In this document: piece by piece, positions 1 to 6,632 of the stretch
How positions within the stretch are numbered: the first letter of the stretch is position 1
Layout of the letters: every line of letters begins with the position of its first letter
Origin: Myxococcota bacterium
Lineage (GTDB): Bacteria > Myxococcota_A > UBA9160 > SMWR01
NCBI GenBank assembly: GCA_035541475.1
Contig: DATKND010000054.1
Coordinates: 4,069-68,068 of the forward strand
DNA: 64,000 nucleotides
Direction: 5' to 3'
Notes under the pieces: model-generated
What the model saw: only the letters and a program-made list of their open reading frames with translations
Told to the model about the DNA's origin: nothing
Databases searched by the model: none
Position numbers and translations under genes: made by a program

Positions 1-2025
1 CTGAGCTACTTCTTCGCCCCGCCGCGCTTTTCGTTTATGGTCGGGAATCGACAGGACGTCGTGGTGTTGGGCGCCTTCCTGATCGCCGCGCTCGTGACCA
101 CCCGGCTCGTAAACCGCTCGACACGAGCCGCACGGCTCTCGGAGGAGCGCGCTCGACTCCTCGATCTCACACACGACGCGGTCATCATCCGCGACATGCA
201 AAGCCGAATCGTCTACTGGAATCGCGGCGCCGAGCGGCTGTACGGATGGTCGGCCACCGAGACGCTCGGACGGTTCATGCACGAGTTCAGGATGGGGCCC
301 GAGTCGGCCGCCGACCGGGAGGCCAAGGCGCAGTTGCTGCAAACGGGCTCGTTGCAACGCGAGCTATGGCACACGACGCGCGACGGGAAGCGCCTGATGG
401 TCGAGGTCAGCGGCGCGCTCGAGCGCGACGAATCGGGGCGTCCCGTCGCGGTGCTCCTGACGTTGAACGACATCACCGAGCGCAAGCGCGCAGAAGATGC
501 ACTACGGAAGAGCGAGGAGCGCTGGCGAGCCGTCTTCGAGCACAACCCGACCATGTACTTCATGCTCGATCCCGCCGGGACGGTGATCTCCGTCAACCCG
601 TTCGGCGCCGAGCAGCTCGGCTACACCGTCGAGGAGCTGGTCGGTCGTTCCGTGCTGGACGTGTTCATCGAGAGCCATCGAGAGGCGGCCCGCCGGCACG
701 TCGCCGACTGCCTCGCGCATCCCGGTCAGGCCCTGAGCTGGGAGCTGCGCAAGCTGCGCCGCGATGGGACGATGCTCTGGGTGCGCGAGACGGCGAGAGC
801 GATGCGAACGGCGGACGACGAGGTCGTCGTCCTCGTCGTGTGCGAGGACATCACGCAGCGCAAGCGCGCCGAAGACGAGCTGCGCGCGAGCGAGACCCGC
901 TTCCGCACTTTGGTGGATCACGCGAGCGACGCGTTCTTCATGCACGACGAGCGAGGCACCCTGATCGACGTGAACCGCCAGGCCTGTGAGGGCCTCGGCT
1001 ACACCCGCGACGAGCTCGTCGGGATGTCCCGGGCCGATTTCATCTCGCGCCTCACAACCACCGACGACGAGGACGCGAAGGGGATCCGGGAGCGTTACGC
1101 GACGAGCGACATCGCCACGCTCGAAAGTCGCCACCGCCGAAAGGACGGGACCCTGTTCCCCGTCGAAGCTCGGATGCGCCAATTCCGCTCCGAGGACGGC
1201 CATCAGTTCGGCATCGCGCTCGTCCGGGACATTACGGATCGCAAGCAGGCGGAGCAGTCACTGCGGGAGGCGCAGGCGGCGTTGGCGCACGTGACGCGCG
1301 TGACCACGCTCGGCGAAGTGACGGCCTCCTTCGCGCACGAGCTGAACCAGCCGCTGGCCGCCATCGCCAACAACGCGAATGCGTGTCATGCGTTGCTCGC
1401 GGAGGGGATTTGGGAGGCGGACGAGCTGCGAGAAGCCCTGGCCGACATCGTGAGCGACGCCGAGCGGGCGAGCGCCATCATCGAGCGCGTGCGCGCCCTG
1501 GCGAAGCGCTCGGCGCCCGAGCGCACGGAGCTGCGGCTCGGCGAGGTCGTGCGGGACGTCCTGGCCCTGGCCGCGGCAGAGTCCGCGGCGCGCCAAGTGA
1601 CGATTCGTACGGACTTGGCCGCGGACCTCCCCGTCGTGATGGGCGACCGCGTGCAGCTCCAGCAGGTGCTGTTGAATCTGGTCGTGAACGCCATGGATGC
1701 GATGGCCGGCGTCGACGAGTCGGAGCGGCGGCTCGAGATTCGCGGGCAGCTCGACATGCAGGACGGACGCCCGGCGGTGACGATTCGCGTCGAGGACTGC
1801 GGTATTGGCCTGAAGGCGGAAGAGGCGGATCGGCTCTTCGAGCCGTTCTACACCACCAAGCCGCACGGCATGGGGCTCGGCCTCGCGATCAGCCGCTCGA
1901 TCCTCGAGGCGCACGGCGGCCGTCTGTGGGCCGAATCGAATCCCGGCCGCGGGGCCGTCTTCTCCTTCCTTCTTCCGGCTCGAGGCCGCTCGCCGCTGGA
2001 CGCCGGTCCTGGACCCGATCGCTGA
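1..2025 (+). CDS. PAS-domain sensor histidine kinase HK1 (5' end outside window)
   Basis: Frame 1 is open from nt 1 (LSYFFAPPRFSF, the end of a DUF4118/KdpD-type membrane module) into ORF 37..2025. Three PAS-like repeats: LLDLTHDAVIIRD..YWNRGAERLYGW, WRAVFEHNPTMYFMLDPAGTV, FRTLVDHASDAFFMHDERGTLIDVN. H-box FAHELNQPL. HATPase boxes LLNLVVNAMDAM, GIGL, TTKPHGMGLGLAISRSI. Confidence 0.9.
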   Translation: MSYFFAPPRFSFMVGNRQDVVVLGAFLIAALVTTRLVNRSTRAARLSEERARLLDLTHDAVIIRDMQSRIVYWNRGAERLYGWSATETLGRFMHEFRMGPESAADREAKAQLLQTGSLQRELWHTTRDGKRLMVEVSGALERDESGRPVAVLLTLNDITERKRAEDALRKSEERWRAVFEHNPTMYFMLDPAGTVISVNPFGAEQLGYTVEELVGRSVLDVFIESHREAARRHVADCLAHPGQALSWELRKLRRDGTMLWVRETARAMRTADDEVVVLVVCEDITQRKRAEDELRASETRFRTLVDHASDAFFMHDERGTLIDVNRQACEGLGYTRDELVGMSRADFISRLTTTDDEDAKGIRERYATSDIATLESRHRRKDGTLFPVEARMRQFRSEDGHQFGIALVRDITDRKQAEQSLREAQAALAHVTRVTTLGEVTASFAHELNQPLAAIANNANACHALLAEGIWEADELREALADIVSDAERASAIIERVRALAKRSAPERTELRLGEVVRDVLALAAAESAARQVTIRTDLAADLPVVMGDRVQLQQVLLNLVVNAMDAMAGVDESERRLEIRGQLDMQDGRPAVTIRVEDCGIGLKAEEADRLFEPFYTTKPHGMGLGLAISRSILEAHGGRLWAESNPGRGAVFSFLLPARGRSPLDAGPGPDR

Positions 2026-2031
2026 CTCGCA

Positions 2032-2051
2032 ACCTGTCCTTTAGGACAGGT
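2032..2051. promoter_or_regulatory. Palindrome ACCTGTCC-ttta-GGACAGGT (candidate activator site; could also be a hairpin)
   Basis: Read directly. It starts 7 nt after the HK1 stop. The identical 8-bp arms recur at 10547..10566. Confidence 0.5.
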
Positions 2052-2057
2052 GCTCGT

Positions 2058-2075
2058 GCTGTCCCAAAGGACAGC
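2058..2075. promoter_or_regulatory. Second palindrome GCTGTCC-caaa-GGACAGC
   Basis: Read directly. It shares the core TGTCC-N4-GGACA with 2032..2051; centres are 25 bp apart. Confidence 0.45.
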
Positions 2076-2093
2076 TGGGCACGCACGCCTGCA
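2076..2093 (+). promoter_or_regulatory. Sigma-54-like -24/-12 element with one extra spacer base
   Basis: tGGGCACgcacgcCTGCA. The GGCAC and CTGCA blocks match the good promoter at 10441..10458, but the spacer is 6 nt rather than 5 nt. It lies 54 nt upstream of the receiver gene ATG at 2147. Confidence 0.3.
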
Positions 2094-2146
2094 CCAGTAG
2101 GATGTTCCCCATGAGCCAAGCCGGACCGAAGAACGAAGGACGCGAG

Positions 2147-2554
2147 ATGGCAGAGCCGCACGGAGCGCTGGTAGCCGTCGTCGACGACGACACTTCCGTG
2201 CGGCTGTCGACCTGCCGGCTGATTCGCTCGTTCGGTCATCGCTGCGAGTCGTTCGGCTCGGGCGAGGAGTTCTTCGCCTCCGGCTTCGCCGAGCAGATCG
2301 CCTGCCTGGTGCTCGACGTGCGCATGCCGGACATGGACGGGCTGGAAGTCCAGCGCCGCCTCTTCGAGCGAGGCGCGCGCATTCCCATCCTCTTCGTCAC
2401 CGGCAGGGCCAGCGAGCAGGAAGAGGCGCGGGCGCGTGCGGCCGGAGCCGCCGCGTTCCTGCGCAAGCCGGTCAGTCAGGTGAGTCTGCGCGAGGCCCTC
2501 GATCACGCGTTGTCCGCATCCGGACGCGTTCAAGGAGACCGCGATGGCGAGTGA
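2147..2554 (+). CDS. Stand-alone CheY-like receiver domain protein
   Basis: ORF 2102..2554. The preferred ATG at 2147 has AAGGA 6 nt upstream. Receiver motifs: VAVVDDD, LVLDVRMPDMDG, FVTG, LRKP. No output domain. Confidence 0.85.
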   Translation: MAEPHGALVAVVDDDTSVRLSTCRLIRSFGHRCESFGSGEEFFASGFAEQIACLVLDVRMPDMDGLEVQRRLFERGARIPILFVTGRASEQEEARARAAGAAAFLRKPVSQVSLREALDHALSASGRVQGDRDGE

Positions 2555-3776
2555 ACTCTACGACCTGCAGGACCCGCGGGACCTCTACGGTTTCACGCGA
2601 GAGCCCTGGCGGCTGACCGCCGTCCTGGGCGGCGGCGCCGCGAGCCGGCGCGAGGACGCAGACGGCGCCCTCGATCCGCCGCCCGCCATCGCGAGGAGCC
2701 CCGTGCTCGAAGGGGTGGTCGGCCGCTCGCCCAGTCTGCGCGCAGCGCTGAACCGCGCGAGGAAGGTCGCGCCGACGGATTCGACGGTGCTCGTGACGGG
2801 TGAGACGGGAACCGGCAAGGAGCTGCTGGCACGCGCCCTCCACAAGTGGTCGCGGCGAGCCAACGGACCGTTCGTCAGCATCAATTGCGCGGCGACTCCG
2901 CCCACACTGATCGCGTCGGAGCTCTTCGGGCACGAGCGCGGCGCGTTCACGGGGGCACTCCAGCGGAGGCGGGGCGTCTTCGAGCTGGCGGCGGGTGGGA
3001 CGTTGTTCCTCGACGAGGTGGGCGAGCTGCCGGCAGAGACGCAGGTGGCGCTGCTGCGCGTGCTGCAGGAGCGCGAGTTCCAGCGAGTCGGAGGCACGGC
3101 GTCGCTGCGTGCCGACGTGCGCGTGATCGCGGCCACGCATCGCGATCTCGAGCAGGCCGTTCTGGAGGGGAACTTCCGCAGCGACCTCTACTACCGGCTC
3201 CACGTCTTCCCGCTCGAGATGCCGCCGCTGCGCGAGCGCTCCGGCGACATCCGCCTGCTCGTGGAGCACTTCGTCGAGAGTTACGCTCTGAGCGTTGGCA
3301 AGACCATCCGCGGCATCGAGCCGCGCACGCTCGAGCAGCTCGAGACGCATACGTGGCCCGGCAACGTGCGCGAGCTCCAGAACGTCGTGGAGCGCTCGCT
3401 GATCGTGTGCGACTCGGAGCTCTTCACGCTCGACGAGAGCTGGCTGCCGGCCGAAGCTCCGTCGTTCGCGCCGTCGCCTGCGAACGGGACAGCGGCTGCG
3501 CAGGCGGCGCCGACGACGATGCAGCGCACGCCCCTGCGCGCGACGCTCGACGAGATCCAGCGTGCCGCGATCCTCGAGGCGCTGCAGGCGTGCAACTGGG
3601 TCATCGGCGGGCCGCAGGGCGCCGCCGCGCTGCTGGGAATCAAGCGGACCACGCTCCAGGCCCGCATGCGGAAGCTCGGCATGTCACCGCTGCGAGCCGC
3701 CGCCAGCGCCGAAGCGCAGTCCACATCGATTCCTGACTGCGCCGGTCTCGCCCCGTTGCACGCGCATCCCCGGTGA
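2544..3776 (+). CDS. Sigma-54-dependent transcriptional activator (AAA+ plus Fis-type HTH, no sensory N-domain)
   Basis: AAGGAG lies 6 nt upstream of the ATG, and the start overlaps the receiver gene end by 11 nt. Walker A GETGTGKE, ELFGHERGAFTGA (GAFTGA loop), Walker B LFLDEVGEL, RVIAATHRDL. C-terminal HTH AAALLGIKRTTLQARMRKLG. Only about 60 aa precede the AAA+ core. Confidence 0.9.
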   Translation: MASELYDLQDPRDLYGFTREPWRLTAVLGGGAASRREDADGALDPPPAIARSPVLEGVVGRSPSLRAALNRARKVAPTDSTVLVTGETGTGKELLARALHKWSRRANGPFVSINCAATPPTLIASELFGHERGAFTGALQRRRGVFELAAGGTLFLDEVGELPAETQVALLRVLQEREFQRVGGTASLRADVRVIAATHRDLEQAVLEGNFRSDLYYRLHVFPLEMPPLRERSGDIRLLVEHFVESYALSVGKTIRGIEPRTLEQLETHTWPGNVRELQNVVERSLIVCDSELFTLDESWLPAEAPSFAPSPANGTAAAQAAPTTMQRTPLRATLDEIQRAAILEALQACNWVIGGPQGAAALLGIKRTTLQARMRKLGMSPLRAAASAEAQSTSIPDCAGLAPLHAHPR

Positions 3777-3803
3777 GCCCGTCCTCCCAGTCGCCAGCCC
3801 GCA

Positions 3804-4265
3804 GTGAAGCCGATGTCATCGCGATGCCTCGTAGTGTTCCTCGTCCTGAACCCGTTCGTCGTGTCGGGCTGCGCGACCATTCGACACGAGCGGGCACTCC
3901 AGCGGGAAGAGCTGCTCGCGCAGGCGGGCTTCGAGAAGAAGCTCGCCGAGAGCGAGGAGCAACGCCGAGAGCTGCGGCGTCTGCCGCCTCGCAAGCTCGT
4001 GCGCGTACCGCTCGGGACCGAGACACGGTACGTCTACGCTGACGCGGAGTACTGTCGGTGCTTGCATGCGGGGACAGAGGCGGCCTATGAGCAATTCCTC
4101 CACACGTTGACCCGCGAGTTCATCAACAACGAGTACCTGGACACCGCCACGCCGGATCCCGTCGTGTCGGCGCAGGAGATGACATGCTACGAGCATCTCG
4201 CGCGGGAGTCAGTCCCGGCCCCGTATGCCGATGCGTCGCTCGACTGGGAAGCCTGGGATCGATGA
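3804..4265 (+). CDS. Hypothetical lipoprotein
   Basis: GTG start. Signal peptide with lipobox FVVSGC. No family recognised. It has a decayed paralogue at 6188..6511. Confidence 0.7.
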   Translation: MKPMSSRCLVVFLVLNPFVVSGCATIRHERALQREELLAQAGFEKKLAESEEQRRELRRLPPRKLVRVPLGTETRYVYADAEYCRCLHAGTEAAYEQFLHTLTREFINNEYLDTATPDPVVSAQEMTCYEHLARESVPAPYADASLDWEAWDR

Positions 4266-5002
4266 CGTCCGCGACCTCTCCACCAGCACGGCACGCTGAC
4301 GCGAAGGGAGCTGCGCCGGTGAACCAGGTCGTCTTCCTGCTCGACGTCGACAACACGCTCCTCGACAACGATCGAGTCTCCCGGGATCTCGAACGCCACC
4401 TCGCGTGCGAGGTCGGGCCCGAGCGAGAACGACGTTACTGGGCCCTCTTCGAGGAGCTGCGCGCCGAGCTCGGCTACGCGGACTACCTCGGCGCGCTACA
4501 GCGCTACCGGGTCGAATACCCGCGCGACGTGCACCTGCTCGCGCTTTCGTCGTTCCTGGTCGACTACCCATTCGCGAACCGTCTGTTTCCGGAGTCGCTC
4601 GACGTGATCGAGCATCTCCACACCTGGGGCCCGACGGTCATCCTCTCCGACGGCGATGCTGTGTTCCAGCCGCGCAAGATCGAACGCTCCGGTCTGTCCG
4701 ACGCTGTCGATGGCCGCGTGCTGATCTACATCCACAAGGAGCGCGAGCTCGACGACGTCGCGCGGCGCTACCCGGCCCGTCACTACGTGGTGGTAGAGGA
4801 CAAGCTCCGCATCCTGACCGCCGCGAAGGCGCACTGGGGCTCGCGCCTCACCAGCGTCTTCGTCCGTCAAGGTCACTACGCGCGCGACCCCGGTGTGGCG
4901 AGCTACCCGCCGGCGGACCTGACCGTCGATCGGATCGGCGAGTTGCTCGGCTACGACCTGCCGGCGCTGCTGCGCGCAGGCAGTCCGAAGGCGACACCCT
5001 GA
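4262..5002 (+). CDS. HAD-superfamily hydrolase
   Basis: The ATG at 4262 overlaps the upstream TGA (ATGA). Motif I is FLLDVDNTLLDND, followed by SDGD...K. Part of ORF 4184..5002. Confidence 0.8.
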   Translation: MTSATSPPARHADAKGAAPVNQVVFLLDVDNTLLDNDRVSRDLERHLACEVGPERERRYWALFEELRAELGYADYLGALQRYRVEYPRDVHLLALSSFLVDYPFANRLFPESLDVIEHLHTWGPTVILSDGDAVFQPRKIERSGLSDAVDGRVLIYIHKERELDDVARRYPARHYVVVEDKLRILTAAKAHWGSRLTSVFVRQGHYARDPGVASYPPADLTVDRIGELLGYDLPALLRAGSPKATP

Positions 5003-5021
5003 AACGACGGATTTCCGCCGA

Positions 5022-5044
5022 GCGGATGCGGGCCGCACATCCGC
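5022..5044. terminator. Short GC hairpin between convergent genes
   Basis: GCGGATG-cgggccgca-CATCCGC, 7-bp arms, no U tract. Confidence 0.3.
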
Positions 5045-5057
5045 GACCCTCCCGGGC

Positions 5058-5995
5058 TCAAGGAGCGGGAGCCGGTACGGGACCCGCGACCTGCCATCCG
5101 CCACCGAGCGCCTTGTAGAGCGCGATCAGCTCGAGCGAGACGTCGCGCTCGCTCTGTGCAAGAGAGTCCTGCGCGGTGAAGAGCGTCTCCTCGGCAGTGA
5201 GCACGTTCAAGAAGTCGGTCAGGCCCTGCGTGTAGCTGCCGCGCGAGCTCGGCGGCGCGCTCGTCCGCGCGGACGGCTTCCTCGAGACGGATGCGCGTCA
5301 CCTGCTGGCGCTCGAATGCGACGAGCGCGTCTTCCACTTCGCGGAATGCCCCTAGGACCGCGGCTTCATACAGGGAGCGATCCGCGCGAACATCGCTCTC
5401 CAGAATGCTACGCAACAGGAGCTGCTCGCGGCGTGACGTACTAGAAGCCGACGTCACCGAACAAGCTGATGAGCGTCGCATCGCGATCCGCCTCGGTGGC
5501 CTCGAGACTCGCGTCGGCCGACTGGACCTCGCGGCGGATGCCGCCGAAGACATCGAGCTCCCAGCTGGCGTCGAAGCCCGCCGTGAAGACGTCCTCCCAG
5601 CGGTTGCCTGGGGTGCTGTCGTTCGAGCCGCGTTTGCTCTGCCGCTGCACGGCCACCGAGCCCGACGCATCGAGCGTCGGGTACAAGCCCGCCTCTGAGA
5701 TGCGTCGAGACGCGCGCGCCGCCAGCACGCGCGCCTCCGCCTGCCGCACATCGAGGTTTGCCCGCATCGCGCGCTCGATCAGCGAGGCGAGCTGCGTGTC
5801 GCCGAAGGTCGTCCACCAGGTTGCCGCGACCGGCTGCGGCATGGCCTCGGAGGTCTGGTCCGCGTCGGATCGCGTCTCGAGCTCGCCCCACGACGGCGAC
5901 TCCGGTTCCCTGGGCCGGAGATAGTCCGGCCCGACCATGCACCCCGACGCGCAGAGCAGCGCGAGAGCCGCGAACGCGGGTGCGCACCTCTTCAC
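5058..5995 (-). pseudogene. NodT-family outer-membrane efflux lipoprotein, internally deleted and frameshifted
   Basis: The N-terminal part is ORF 5441..6100 from GTG 5995 (lipobox LLCASGC, MVGPDYLRP, WWTTFGDTQL), and ends in TAG at 5441. The middle part lies in a second frame (AVLGAFREVEDALVAFERQQ). The C-terminus lies in a third frame (GLTDFLNVLTAEETLFTAQDSLAQSERDVSLELIALYKALGGGW, stop at 5058). About 312 codons remain, versus roughly 460-500 expected for this family. Confidence 0.8.
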
Positions 5996-6187
5996 GGCCG
6001 CCTCGCTGCGCGGAAGTCGACCGCACACGCGGTGCGCGTCACGCTGGCTCCGCCGCGCGTTCACGCGCGCTCCTCCAATGCCGACGCGGAGCGCGGACAT
6101 CTCGACGCCGGCTGGATCGAGCGGCTACCGAAGGGCGCCGCGCGAGCCGCCCCCATCCGCGTCGCCCTTTGCGTTGACGTGGTAGTT

Positions 6188-6511
6188 CTAGTCCGAGTTC
6201 TCCCTTTGGACGAGCCGCTCGTACGCCGAGTGCTCCTCGGGCCCACCGACGTAGACACATACGCACTCGTCGGGATCCGCGTAGCTGCAGACGAGCTGCC
6301 CATCCCGCGCCTGCGACACAAGCTTGCGAGGGGGCATCGCCTTCAGGTCCGCCAGCTCTTCGGCGTGTCGGCCGGTCTGGCCCGGAAGCCAGCTTCAAAG
6401 AGAAGCTCTTCTGTTCTCTGCGCCTCATCCCGCTGCAGCGCCGCGCAGCCCCCGAGCAGGCAAGACCGCGGCGAGCACGAGGACGCTCGGCGCAAGAACC
6501 ATTCCAGCCAT
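6188..6511 (-). pseudogene. Decayed paralogue of lipoprotein 3804..4265 (two frame changes)
   Basis: My own three-frame reading gives MAGMVLAPSVLVLAAV, then LLGGCAALQRDEAQRTEELLFEAGFRARPADT, then EELADLKAMPPRKLVSQARDGQLVCSYADPDECVCVYVGGPEEHSAYERLV. This aligns to QAGF..LPPRKLV..YADAEYCRCLHAGTEAAYEQF of 3804..4265. Confidence 0.7.
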
Positions 6512-6632
6512 CGCATTCGCCTCGCGCACCAGACCCCGCCGGCGGCCTCTTTCGTCCCTGTCCTGCCGACGTTTCGGCACATACGCCCGAGCATCGGCGC
6601 CGTCCGGTCGTCAGCGTTGTGCTCGTGCGTCT

